Of a stretch of 64,000 nucleotides of DNA, positions 21,013-30,056 are shown piece by piece. The DNA is from a virus: IMG/VR virus record IMGVR_UViG_3300027432_000002; one strand, given 5' to 3'. The notes beneath the pieces were generated by a model. That model saw nothing but the letters and a program-made list of their open reading frames with translations. It was not told the origin of the DNA and searched no databases. The number at the start of each line of letters is the position of its first letter. The stretch's first letter is position 1. The position numbers and the translations under genes were made by a program.

Positions 21013-21207
21013 CTACTTGATTACCTTGACCTCTATCCGATTCGCCTCCACTCTCTTCTTTCGTGTTTCGACGAGTAGATCGATGAGTTTCGTAAGTTGT
21101 TCGTCGCTGAGATTGTCCGCAACGTCTTGAATGACGCTTAGTCCTCCCGTCTTGAATCCCTTTTCAAGAGTGGACTTGAGATACGCCTTGATGAAGTCTG
21201 GACTCAT
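21013..21207 (-). CDS. hypothetical protein
   Basis: 64-aa ORF, coupled to the upstream small basic ORF. Confidence 0.55.
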   Translation of the reverse strand: MSPDFIKAYLKSTLEKGFKTGGLSVIQDVADNLSDEQLTKLIDLLVETRKKRVEANRIEVKVIK

Positions 21208-21314
21208 GACTTGCGAGCGCGGATGATTGCTTCAAGTCTGTGTTTACGGCGTTCCAACTCCGCAATCGGAATTTGGCCTTTGGAGTTTCTGCGAATCTTT
21301 CTCTTTTTGGACAT
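21204..21314 (-). CDS. 36-aa basic peptide (MSKKRKIRRNSK...), absent from the ORF track
   Basis: Translated by hand; GAGG RBS; ATGA overlap with the next gene. Confidence 0.6.
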   Translation of the reverse strand: MSKKRKIRRNSKGQIPIAELERRKHRLEAIIRARKS

Positions 21315-21419
21315 CTCGATCCTCTCTTTTATAAAAATCAACTTGCGACTGAACGAAAACTTTTCCACGTCCTAAAAGAACATCGATCTGTGCGTGAATC
21401 CAATATCGATCTTCGCCGC

Positions 21420-22211
21420 TCACGCGTAAACCGTATGTGCACTCTTCGGATCGACTGCCGCTTGCAAAGCCGTTAGCGTCTTCGGTCCTGCGATACCGTC
21501 TGCCACGAGCCCTTGCGAAATCTGAAATGCCTTGATCTGTGCTGTGGTTTTCTTGCCGATGATGCCGTCGAGCTTGAGCGGAGGCTTGGCGCCAATCGCG
21601 TTGAGTGCCCGCTGCATGCTGACGACGTCGGTCACGGGCAGCTGCGAGGCTTGCTGCGCTAGCTGGTGTACGTAGGCGCTGTTCGCCTGTTGAACGATTG
21701 GATGGGACGCTACTGGCGCAGCACCAGCGGCGCGGCTACCAAGGGCAGCCTCGACGGCTTTGCGCATGGGTAGACCCATCACATCCCCTGGAGGGAGCCC
21801 CAGGCTCTTCTGGAGTGCTGCAAGCGCCGCGCGCGTACGAGACTCGAGCGTGCCCGTGATAGCCAAAGGTCCGAAGCCAAGCGTATTGGCCGCCCGCTGC
21901 AAGTCTTCCACCGATTGCATGGCGAAGTTACTAACGCCACCACGTGTGATGAGCGCTGGGGCTTGTGGGTGGAGCGCAGGTCCCGGCTTATACGGTGGAG
22001 GGTCGTGGATGGCCGCTGGCCCGTTGTCCGCTGGAGGAGGGACGTCGGTCAAGCTCTCTTTGGGCTCCTTGTGATGTGCTTTGGTGGGCACCACAATCGT
22101 ATCGCCCGCTTTGGTCTTGAGCCCTTGGACCTCGGGCGGTTCTTCCTCCATGGCGTCGTAAAGGAAGTAGGCGCCGGTACCTGCGATGAGCAAAAGGACA
22201 ATGGGGTGCAT
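21420..22211 (-). CDS. membrane-anchored protein with two peptidoglycan-binding (PG_binding_1-like) domains
   Basis: N-terminal TM; LQRAANTLGF..G..; MQRALNAIG...LDGIIGKKTTAQIKAFQ...GLVADGIAGPKT. Confidence 0.85.
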   Translation of the reverse strand: MHPIVLLLIAGTGAYFLYDAMEEEPPEVQGLKTKAGDTIVVPTKAHHKEPKESLTDVPPPADNGPAAIHDPPPYKPGPALHPQAPALITRGGVSNFAMQSVEDLQRAANTLGFGPLAITGTLESRTRAALAALQKSLGLPPGDVMGLPMRKAVEAALGSRAAGAAPVASHPIVQQANSAYVHQLAQQASQLPVTDVVSMQRALNAIGAKPPLKLDGIIGKKTTAQIKAFQISQGLVADGIAGPKTLTALQAAVDPKSAHTVYA

Positions 22212-22271
22212 GGCTATTCGCTCCGAAGCTTTCGAAGGTCAGATTCTGTCTTTGCAAGCGGCATCTAGAGA

Positions 22272-22493
22272 TTATTCTTTCTCCGCAACAAAGGCGTCGT
22301 GAATCCATCCCTTCGTACCGTCATTCCATTTAACCCATACAGCTTTTTCTTTACTTGTTGGACCTCGGTACGTACCGTCATTAGAATCTTTCCAGTTAAA
22401 TGGCTCTATGACAGTGCCAGTTCGCCTGACCCCCATAGTAGTACAAACACGCGAGCCGACTTTCTTACAGTTTTTTCTTCTTCGATGTGGCAT
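22272..22493 (-). CDS. small protein, MPH-basic tag family (SH3-like composition)
   Basis: Starts MPHRRRK; AAGGAG RBS. Confidence 0.7.
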   Translation of the reverse strand: MPHRRRKNCKKVGSRVCTTMGVRRTGTVIEPFNWKDSNDGTYRGPTSKEKAVWVKWNDGTKGWIHDAFVAEKE

Positions 22494-22507
22494 AACGTTA
22501 GTTCTCC

Positions 22508-23395
22508 TTATTGGATAGGTCCGCCCGACGCATCGTCTCGCGGATCACCCGAAGACGGAACGAGCCGCTTAACCTCTTCCGCTTCCGATTGCTTCTTTCG
22601 CAATGCCTCTTCGAATCGGGCCATGAGCGGTCCGAGAAGCTTCGGACTGATAGCGCCCATCCCTGCCAACTGCTGAATGGTCTCTGGATTGATCTCTTCG
22701 GCGAGCGCATCGATGAGCGCCGTATCGCTTGTCGCTTGAGGGAAGATCTCTCGGCCGGAGACCGTATTGACCAAGGCAGGCACCATCCCGACGAGCGCTT
22801 TTCGTTCGGTTGCGGACTGCTTGAACTGGAGTTCGCGCATCCGCTGCTCGTGACTTTCGGTGGCCTTCTGCATCATCATCTCTCGGACGACGGCATAGGC
22901 ATCGTTGACCTCGTCACGAAGGCGCGATTCTCGTTCGGCCATGGCCTGTTCACGCTGTAGCGAAGTGACCGCGCCGTGCTGAACGAGGGTGACGAGCAAC
23001 TGCGACATGTTTTCGACATGGCGCATGGACTGAGCGACGATACCAGGACCGTCCGCTGTCTCTTTGACGGTGCGCCCGCGTCCGCCCTGTTGAAGCTCTC
23101 CGTCCATCACGGTAATCGTGTGGTGAAGTCCTGGCGTATTGCTTCCATAGAACGCTTGCATCTCGAACTGCTGAATTCCTCCAAAGTCTTGCGCGTACTG
23201 TTCAGCGAGACCCGTGAAGATTTTTGCAAGTTCGTGTGCCGGTTGCGTCTTGCCTTTGAGGTTGATGGTCTTGACTTCGCGCGTGCCACCACCTTGTTTG
23301 TTGTACATAAGAGCCATGGCCGAGCAGGTTGTTTCCTTATCCGTTTCGGATAGGGCCTGTACGATCCATTGCTCGAGAGGGGTGTATTTGGCCAT
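22508..23395 (-). CDS. hypothetical coiled-coil-rich protein
   Basis: 295-aa ORF in the structural operon. Confidence 0.7.
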   Translation of the reverse strand: MAKYTPLEQWIVQALSETDKETTCSAMALMYNKQGGGTREVKTINLKGKTQPAHELAKIFTGLAEQYAQDFGGIQQFEMQAFYGSNTPGLHHTITVMDGELQQGGRGRTVKETADGPGIVAQSMRHVENMSQLLVTLVQHGAVTSLQREQAMAERESRLRDEVNDAYAVVREMMMQKATESHEQRMRELQFKQSATERKALVGMVPALVNTVSGREIFPQATSDTALIDALAEEINPETIQQLAGMGAISPKLLGPLMARFEEALRKKQSEAEEVKRLVPSSGDPRDDASGGPIQ

Positions 23396-23443
23396 AACTG
23401 CTAGAACCTTGTCTTTGCCACTTCGGCGGAAACAGTGATTGAA

Positions 23444-24040
23444 TTATTCCCTTTGCAAGTTAGTAGTACCCGAAGGGTCGAAATCCACATCCTTCACGGG
23501 AGGTGGACTCTTCGCCAGGTACTCTTTGACGAGCTTGAAACGCCGTTCACTCTCCGGAGCATCATCGCCCACTTCACCCGTATACGCGCGCAAGTTCTGA
23601 TTGCCTGAGAACCGAAGCGCGCGACGAATCATGTGTGTGCCCAAGTGAAGGCACACCTTCTGGGATTCGAGCAAATCTTTTCCGATAAGCCCGTCGCTTG
23701 AAGGAGCGATTTCCCTTCCGTCTTCGAGTAGCTCAATCCCTGAATTGGGGTGAATCTGCATATAGCAAAACGCGTGTCCGCCGTCGCACTCTCCCGGTTT
23801 GCATTTGCCTGCTTGAATACGGTCTTCATAGCGCGATTCTCGCGCACCCACGGCGCCAACCAAGAGCGCCATGTGCGCGTGCGCGTAAGGACCTTTGAAG
23901 GTGACAGGCTCATGGTAGACAATGTCGACAATGTCTTCGGCAATCGCCGTGAGTTTGACCACTCGCTCATCGGACTTTCCTTGCGCGGGAGTCCAAGAGA
24001 GAAGGGCTGTGAGAAGCCACATGGTGATGAGAGAGTGCAT
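23444..24040 (-). CDS. signal-peptide-bearing lysozyme/transglycosylase-like protein (possible endolysin)
   Basis: N-terminal signal; ALLVGAVGARESRY (catalytic ES), C.MQIH, LRAYTG; downstream of a holin-like gene. Confidence 0.55.
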   Translation of the reverse strand: MHSLITMWLLTALLSWTPAQGKSDERVVKLTAIAEDIVDIVYHEPVTFKGPYAHAHMALLVGAVGARESRYEDRIQAGKCKPGECDGGHAFCYMQIHPNSGIELLEDGREIAPSSDGLIGKDLLESQKVCLHLGTHMIRRALRFSGNQNLRAYTGEVGDDAPESERRFKLVKEYLAKSPPPVKDVDFDPSGTTNLQRE

Positions 24041-24057
24041 GAATTTTTCCTCCTTTT

Positions 24058-24507
24058 TCAGGTTCCACGATGAACTTCGTCTGGAGTTTTTGAAGGTGGT
24101 GGGTACTTGCTTGGATGCGAAAAGCCGAAGACTTTGGTATCGAGACCGACAGTCGCTTTGGCAGTGACGAGCGTCGGATCGATGAACGCAATCCACGATA
24201 GCCAGTTTGGTACTTTGCCTTGAAAGATAGCCTTGAAGGCAATAGCAAATAGTCCCATCGCTCCGAAGCTTGCGACAATCCCGTTCCAGACGGCTTTGGC
24301 TGGTGGCACTCCGTCTGTCTCTGCCTGAAGGACTGCGTAGACTTGACCGAGTCCAATAATGAGAACCGGTTTCCAGCGATCCGGAATCGAGATGGGGAGT
24401 TTGCTCGTGTCTCCCATGGTCGCCGTCAAGTAGCTGATAACGAGCATGGCGAGAGGGAGCCACTTGTGGCCGGTGAAGTCTTGGATCATTTGCAATAATG
24501 GACTCAT
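24058..24507 (-). CDS. holin-like multi-TM membrane protein
   Basis: Three hydrophobic segments, charged C-terminus, adjacent to the lysozyme-like gene. Confidence 0.5.
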   Translation of the reverse strand: MSPLLQMIQDFTGHKWLPLAMLVISYLTATMGDTSKLPISIPDRWKPVLIIGLGQVYAVLQAETDGVPPAKAVWNGIVASFGAMGLFAIAFKAIFQGKVPNWLSWIAFIDPTLVTAKATVGLDTKVFGFSHPSKYPPPSKTPDEVHRGT

Positions 24508-24512
24508 GACCT

Positions 24513-25199
24513 TTACTTCCTTGTGAGAGAAACGACGGCAACCCCGCCTGTGATAACGGCAACGAGCATCAAGTTTTGACTGAGCCAGTTGGCTCCAGCG
24601 GCCAGCTTGTCTTCCGCTTTCTTGTAAGAAGGAGCGTCGGCCGTCTTGGGCACGAGCGGCGGATCGAGATAGGACACGGCTCCCTTGACCGGGTCTGGGG
24701 CATTACGCGCGGCGGTGTCGAGCGCCTGGTAGACCTGACTTGACGGTGACGTACCCGGTTGCGGGGGCGCACGCATTGCGAACGGCATCCGATTGAAAAC
24801 GTCTTGCGCGTCGCCCTTATTCACATGCAAGTCTGGATAACTCTGCATGAGGGATTTCAAGATGGCATCGTAATACTGTTTGGCGGACGTGAATCCTTCG
24901 AAGAAGCGGTCAATCCCTTGGCCCAAGAAACCGCCCGTGCCTGTGTCGAGCGCGTGCTGCGCTGCGTCCCGTGCGCTTCGATACCTTGCTTTCAGATTGT
25001 TGTAGTCCTTGGTCCAATCCGGATCGATTCCAGACTTTCCCCTTACGTAGTTCTCCAGCTGCGCCATCTGATCGTCTTTGGCTTTGATGAGAAAGCGCAA
25101 ATCGGCAATCGTCTTCTCGGTCGACATTCCGAGAAACGAGCCGAACGTGGCAGGCTGCTTTCGCAAGCTTATGGTTTTGAAATGTTCTTGCCAGTTCAT
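24513..25199 (-). CDS. virion membrane protein with MNWxEHFK leader and C-terminal TM
   Basis: Leader shared with 25196..26095; C-terminal LMLVAVITGGVAVV. Confidence 0.7.
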   Translation of the reverse strand: MNWQEHFKTISLRKQPATFGSFLGMSTEKTIADLRFLIKAKDDQMAQLENYVRGKSGIDPDWTKDYNNLKARYRSARDAAQHALDTGTGGFLGQGIDRFFEGFTSAKQYYDAILKSLMQSYPDLHVNKGDAQDVFNRMPFAMRAPPQPGTSPSSQVYQALDTAARNAPDPVKGAVSYLDPPLVPKTADAPSYKKAEDKLAAGANWLSQNLMLVAVITGGVAVVSLTRK

Positions 25200-26095
25200 G
25201 CGTGCGCCTGCGCCGACAAGGCGAGAATGCCAATCCCAATCGCGATGGCTGCAATCACGACGCCCGCTGTGGCGGCAGTGGCTATGACTCCAGGAACCGT
25301 GATATAGCTCTCCACGGATGCCAAGACTTGTCTAATCTTCGTTGTGATATCCTCTTTGGTGACGAAGCCTTTGCCGGACGTATCGAATCCCGCATTCTGC
25401 GTATAGATCGCGTCGGGCGCATGACCGAGAACGGCGTCTGAAGGTTTACCGATGAAAGCCGGATAGAAGACCGCGAGATAGGTGTCTTCGAGTGACCTCA
25501 ACTTGCCTATGTACGGAGCGAAGTATTGCTTGACGAGTTCAAGCTGCTCTGAAAACGACATGGCTTTCAGCCTCCCCACAGCTTCACTTTCCGTAGCCGT
25601 ACCGAGAAGGGCTCTCGCTGTCGACGGCATGAATTGAATCAAGCCCACAGCGCCGCTTCCTGCCTTATTCTCGACAGTCGTACTGAACGTTCCACCGGTC
25701 TCGAAGTTGATGACACTCGCGAGCCAGGCAGCTTCTATTCCAATTGCGTTGGCAGTATTGACGAGCGCCTGTTGATCCTTGACTGGCAAACGAATGAGTC
25801 CATGGAACGCCGGTAGAGACGCCGAAGGAGTAGGAGAAGAAAGTCCGAGATTTGCCAAAGTCGCCGTATCGCTCACCCCCGATTGGGCGATACCCGCTTG
25901 ACGTTGGAAGACGATGAGCGCCGCACGGGTTGCGCGTCCGTAGATGCCATCTTCCTTGAGCTTTGGATTAGCTCCACGAGCGTTGAGAGCGCGCTGCATA
26001 GCCAAGACATTGGAATCAACACCACCGCCAAAGTCTGCACCGAACGATGCGACTGGACGATTAGAAACACGCTTGAAGTGTTCGTTCCAATTCAT
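25196..26095 (-). CDS. PG-binding domain plus lytic transglycosylase with C-terminal TM (candidate entry muramidase)
   Basis: MQRALN...EDGIYGRATRAALIVFQ; INFETGGTF, GAVGLIQFMPSTA, DTYLAVFYP. Confidence 0.88.
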   Translation of the reverse strand: MNWNEHFKRVSNRPVASFGADFGGGVDSNVLAMQRALNARGANPKLKEDGIYGRATRAALIVFQRQAGIAQSGVSDTATLANLGLSSPTPSASLPAFHGLIRLPVKDQQALVNTANAIGIEAAWLASVINFETGGTFSTTVENKAGSGAVGLIQFMPSTARALLGTATESEAVGRLKAMSFSEQLELVKQYFAPYIGKLRSLEDTYLAVFYPAFIGKPSDAVLGHAPDAIYTQNAGFDTSGKGFVTKEDITTKIRQVLASVESYITVPGVIATAATAGVVIAAIAIGIGILALSAQAHA

Positions 26096-26099
26096 CTGT

Positions 26100-26351
26100 T
26101 TAGTTCGTGAATTGCTCTTCCTTTTGAAAGCCTTCTTCTACTTGGATCTCTCGTTTGCGTGCGGTCGCCTTACGGAAAGAAGTTATACAGTATTCAAGAA
26201 ACGTCACTTCTGTCATTTCACTTGACACCGCAGCGTAAGTACAGAGGGACATCGCGATTTTGAGTCCCTCTTCGGTATCCACTCTCGCTTCGACGAACAT
26301 CTCTCCTATTTTCATCCCGAGAGAGACAGCCTCTTCGTACGTGATGGCCAT
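26100..26351 (-). CDS. hypothetical protein
   Basis: Start MAITYEEAV just after the upstream stop. Confidence 0.55.
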   Translation of the reverse strand: MAITYEEAVSLGMKIGEMFVEARVDTEEGLKIAMSLCTYAAVSSEMTEVTFLEYCITSFRKATARKREIQVEEGFQKEEQFTN

Positions 26352-26355
26352 ACGA

Positions 26356-26937
26356 CTACTCCGCAGAGCTGGCTGTCCGCAGCGCCCTTCGCGGTCTGTG
26401 AGCGGGCGGTTCGGTTGCGCTTCCGTTGACGACCTTCGGATCTTCGTCTGCCTTGGCCGCCACAGAAGTTCCATTTGCTTCGATGGGTTCGCTGTCCCCA
26501 GGATGACCGATCTCTTGCAAGACTGCGTCCGAGTTGGGAGCCGTCTTTCCCGCATACCGTACGTCTGCGGCGTGCTTGCGGAGAGCCATGGCCGCCCCCG
26601 TGGCCGTGATGCTCTCGAACGCGTCTGCAAGTCGCTCCACCGCGACGACGTCACTGGATGCCATACCCTTGTCGTAAGCCTCCCGGCGGGCCTGTTTCTG
26701 CTCCGCAGTCTGCCCCCGGAGGTCCGCGCGACGTCGGAGCATGGTGGCTTCCACACCGAGTCCGTTTTTCTCGAAGACGTCGGCGAGCTTGCGAAGCTCT
26801 ACCGGATCGTGCAAGTCGGCAAGAGCCGCGAGGTAGACCTTCTCACGTTCGGGCGTGAGGATGCCCTTCTTCTCGGATTTCTTCCAAGCGCCAAAGACGA
26901 GTGCGCCGATAGTGATTTCGAGCAGTCCGATGGGCAC
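26356..26937 (-). CDS. membrane-anchored helical protein, paralog of 31576..32247
   Basis: N-terminal TM then LTPER..VY...DP..L..L.D.F...GL. Confidence 0.7.
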   Translation of the reverse strand: MPIGLLEITIGALVFGAWKKSEKKGILTPEREKVYLAALADLHDPVELRKLADVFEKNGLGVEATMLRRRADLRGQTAEQKQARREAYDKGMASSDVVAVERLADAFESITATGAAMALRKHAADVRYAGKTAPNSDAVLQEIGHPGDSEPIEANGTSVAAKADEDPKVVNGSATEPPAHRPRRALRTASSAE

Positions 26938-27008
26938 GATAAACCTCGTAAGCCACGTTGGCCAACGTTCTTGTTGAATGTTAGTTCATGAACTTGAGCT
27001 AACCGCCT

Positions 27009-27037
27009 ATCCTACCATGAATAGGCGGTATAGTCAA
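27009..27037 (-). promoter_or_regulatory. sigma70-like promoter overlapped by an inverted repeat
   Basis: TTGACT-17bp-TAGGAT on minus; IR ACCGCCTAT (27002-27010) / ATAGGCGGT (27021-27029); palindrome motif at 26983-26994 just downstream. Confidence 0.55.
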
Positions 27038-27041
27038 GTAC

Positions 27042-27173
27042 CTAATGAGGACCGGAACCGAGGAATCGTTCGAGATGGCCCACTCGAACATTGAGTTTGG
27101 CGAGGGTGACGCCGGAGCGCTTCTTGGTAGTCTTCTTTTTGCTCTTCTTACGTGCCTTCTTTGCTTTGGCCAT
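27042..27173 (-). CDS. 43-aa Lys-rich peptide (MAKAKKARKKSKKK...), absent from the ORF track
   Basis: Hand translation; AAAGGAG RBS. Confidence 0.65.
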   Translation of the reverse strand: MAKAKKARKKSKKKTTKKRSGVTLAKLNVRVGHLERFLGSGPH

Positions 27174-27209
27174 GGACGGTCTCCTTTGGTAATTCGCGAA
27201 CTGGATGCT

Positions 27210-27320
27210 TCACATACTACGAAGATGATGAAAGAGCATGACGAGCAGAATGACAGAGGTCGCCCAAGCGACGGCCACTATGATGAGGATAGGATCTATC
27301 TCGTGGTCGAGGAAGGTCAT
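27210..27320 (-). CDS. 36-aa single-TM peptide
   Basis: MTFLDHEIDPILIIVAVAWATSVILLVML...; ATGA coupling. Confidence 0.5.
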   Translation of the reverse strand: MTFLDHEIDPILIIVAVAWATSVILLVMLFHHLRSM

Positions 27321-27556
27321 CGACTCTTCCGACGAAAACGACTTTTCTTCTTGCGTTTTGGCTGCGGGCCAAGATGTTGACTTGAACGATCGAGAAGAAT
27401 CCTGTCTCGCTGGTGCATCAGCGTTTTGACTTCAGGATCATCAAAAACGCTGTGACCATGCTTGTACGTATTTCCTCGGATAGCCCTAAGAAGTTTCGCA
27501 TCTAGCACGTCACGAATTTTTGACTTGAGACTTCTGCGTTTTCGCTTATGGGCCAT
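27317..27556 (-). CDS. small protein, MPH/MAH-basic tag family
   Basis: Starts MAHKRKRRS. Confidence 0.7.
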   Translation of the reverse strand: MAHKRKRRSLKSKIRDVLDAKLLRAIRGNTYKHGHSVFDDPEVKTLMHQRDRILLDRSSQHLGPQPKRKKKSRFRRKSR

Positions 27557-27559
27557 AAC

Positions 27560-28117
27560 TCAGTCTTCTCCACGATGATGTTGTTTGGTCTCAGGCTCCG
27601 GAGAAAATACGTCTGCCGAAAGGCGTTCTCCATGATCGTCATTCGCGACGAACGCGATGGCACGTCCAAGAGCTACGATGCGAAACGATTTCTTGTGGAT
27701 AACGGGTCCGAGATGAAGGCGAGCCTCCGCTTGGTTGGAAGCGTGCATATAATGAATCTGCGGCTCTCCGTCTACTTCGATGGCGCACGCGTAAAGTGGC
27801 TGGCTATTCCACTTGTCGAGATAGCACGGACGTATGAACGAACACTTGGTACATCGCAGATCGGGACTAATTTTGCCGAGTCGATCGATCGAATGAATTC
27901 GATTGTGAAGTAGAAAGTTCATGCCGCACGCGGGGCAGGAGACCATCGCGAGAAGCCACGGTGGTGCGCCTTCGTAGGGAGTGGTCCAGGTGCCAGCGAA
28001 TCCCTTGACGGTGGGACTACCGTCTGCGGTTTTTGAATACTCCCAATCCAGCTTCTTGAAGACGAAGGGCTCGACGTGAGAAGCGGTTACGGTACTGCGT
28101 ACGGCTAAATCTGACAT
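27560..28117 (-). CDS. Zn-finger hypothetical protein
   Basis: CPAC...H...C..C motifs. Confidence 0.6.
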   Translation of the reverse strand: MSDLAVRSTVTASHVEPFVFKKLDWEYSKTADGSPTVKGFAGTWTTPYEGAPPWLLAMVSCPACGMNFLLHNRIHSIDRLGKISPDLRCTKCSFIRPCYLDKWNSQPLYACAIEVDGEPQIHYMHASNQAEARLHLGPVIHKKSFRIVALGRAIAFVANDDHGERLSADVFSPEPETKQHHRGED

Positions 28118-28165
28118 TGAATACTCCTAATTCACGAATTGGTATGAGGAGCCGCACCGTAGGTG

Positions 28166-29032
28166 CTACCCGTCGATTCCTAGTGTGACTGAGAATACGT
28201 ACGGATCGGTAGCGCTGTTATTGACGAGTGTCGCGGCATACGCTCCTGGTGGCAATGGATTCCAGAGCGGACAGTCGCGTGGGTCGTAGACTCGATTCAA
28301 GTTGTCGATGATGACTTGCGCTTCTTGATTGAGAATGGGATGAGGCGGAGTATTGATGCTACCAACCGTCACGTGAATGCTGGTAGCGCCAATTGGTTTG
28401 AGTTTACCTCCAGTAGTCGGAGGACGGTTGGGTGGAAAAAGTCCTCCGGCACTAAGGAACGTATCCTGCTGAGGAAAGAAGAGTTGGTAGCTGCTCGCAG
28501 CCGCAACAGGAATCGCGCACGTGCCAAGATACGTCGAAAATGGACCTGCATTTTCCGGATATGGAATATCGTAAAACGGTTGCTGCGATTCCGCAGGACG
28601 AAGACCTGGTGCAATGTTGATGACGACCGCATAGACTTGTCCAGGCAAGCCCACTTCGCTACCGGGAGGAGAGCCGTCGTAGACGCGAACATCAACCGCT
28701 TCGCCCATCCCGGAGATGGTGGTCCCACTCATGACGGACACCGAGCGTCGTACCGACGTTCCGTTGATGGTCCAGTTGATGTCCGCAAAGACGAGTTGAC
28801 CCGCGTTACCAAGAGCCTGGTACTGCTGGGAGATATCAAACTGAATGGTGTAGACGCAGCATTCAGGAAAGCACACCTGCATCTTGACGACGTTGCCGGC
28901 GGCAGGCTGTCCAGGGTTGGCCGGAACGGTCGGTCCTTGGCAGACGAGGTTACCCGATTGAGACCATCCCGTTTGAGGGTTGATCTCTTTCGTGTTGTTC
29001 TGCATCATCAAACGTCGTGCGCCTGGAGTCAT
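28166..29032 (-). CDS. beta-rich structural protein (possible jelly-roll penton or minor capsid protein)
   Basis: Alternating hydrophobic beta-strand pattern, no TM; location in the structural arm; fold is inference only. Confidence 0.45.
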   Translation of the reverse strand: MTPGARRLMMQNNTKEINPQTGWSQSGNLVCQGPTVPANPGQPAAGNVVKMQVCFPECCVYTIQFDISQQYQALGNAGQLVFADINWTINGTSVRRSVSVMSGTTISGMGEAVDVRVYDGSPPGSEVGLPGQVYAVVINIAPGLRPAESQQPFYDIPYPENAGPFSTYLGTCAIPVAAASSYQLFFPQQDTFLSAGGLFPPNRPPTTGGKLKPIGATSIHVTVGSINTPPHPILNQEAQVIIDNLNRVYDPRDCPLWNPLPPGAYAATLVNNSATDPYVFSVTLGIDG

Positions 29033-29108
29033 GGTCCTATCGTACCCTTTCCTATCATCCTTGCCATTCGCGGATTAGATAGTCCGCAGAACTAGCCGTA
29101 CGGTAGGA

Positions 29109-29417
29109 CTAAATGTCCTCTCCGCGCTCGTAGCGTTTGGCCAACTCTTCTGCGAGATGAGTTCGAGTGGCTTTATCGAAGACTCCAGAACCGAATTCTT
29201 TCTGGTACTGCTTGGCGCCGCGGTCCACCCAATGCTGCCACGCCTTGGGCGCCTTGGTCTTGTCGTACTTGCCTTTGGCGCGCTTTCTCTGCAAGTTTTT
29301 GATGATGGCTTGCTTCATCGGATAAAGCTCGCCCGTATTCTCAATGAAGAGATCCAGCTCGCGAGCGGCTGTCATATCCGCCATTCGCTTCGCCGATTTC
29401 CTACGCTTGTGCGGCAT
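29109..29417 (-). CDS. small protein, MPH-basic tag family
   Basis: Starts MPHKRRKS followed by a helical domain (ARELDLFIENTGELY...). Confidence 0.75.
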   Translation of the reverse strand: MPHKRRKSAKRMADMTAARELDLFIENTGELYPMKQAIIKNLQRKRAKGKYDKTKAPKAWQHWVDRGAKQYQKEFGSGVFDKATRTHLAEELAKRYERGEDI

Positions 29418-29419
29418 GG

Positions 29420-30052
29420 TCAGAATCCTCCGTGAAGCTCAGAGCGGAATCGCTCGTTCGCGCAACCGCCCAATTCCCACTCCACACCCTTGCACAGAAT
29501 CCCCACGGGCGAGCTAGGGTCTCGCATGATCTGAATCTTGCGCGCCATCCCGATACAATGCCCCGCGCAGAGGTACCCTTCTAGCTCGGGAGGCATTTGC
29601 CTGGACGCGGTTTTGATGACCGGTTCGCCTGCGTTCTCGAGTCCCATCCGAAAGGCGCTCTGCGGAGGGCTCTGGGGCTCTAGGAGGCCGTCTAGTGCAT
29701 GAACTCTTGGATTGTCCCAGTTGGGACCCATCGACAAGACGACGCACGCGGTCTGGATGAGATTGGAGTCCTGGTACCGCGGCAAGGAGAGAAGTGTCTC
29801 GAAGACGTCTTCATCGGAGTTGTCTCCGTTTTTGAGAACGCCGATAATCTGCGCACCTTCTTCCCAGTTGGAGAGTGGAGCTGGATGATCTGCGATGTAG
29901 CGCTGCACCGCGCCAAACGCGCTCTTGGCCTTGGGCGAGCCAGCGCGGGCGTTGTCGCCTACCATCTGGAGCATGGCCATGGCGTTCTGGTCACCAGCGC
30001 GAGCGCGCTCGACAAGTTGGGCTGCGCCATCGGATTGGGTTAGATTGGCCAT
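29420..30052 (-). CDS. hypothetical helical protein
   Basis: ARAGDQNAMAML motif; ends ELHGGF. Confidence 0.7.
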   Translation of the reverse strand: MANLTQSDGAAQLVERARAGDQNAMAMLQMVGDNARAGSPKAKSAFGAVQRYIADHPAPLSNWEEGAQIIGVLKNGDNSDEDVFETLLSLPRYQDSNLIQTACVVLSMGPNWDNPRVHALDGLLEPQSPPQSAFRMGLENAGEPVIKTASRQMPPELEGYLCAGHCIGMARKIQIMRDPSSPVGILCKGVEWELGGCANERFRSELHGGF

Positions 30053-30056
30053 GTCC

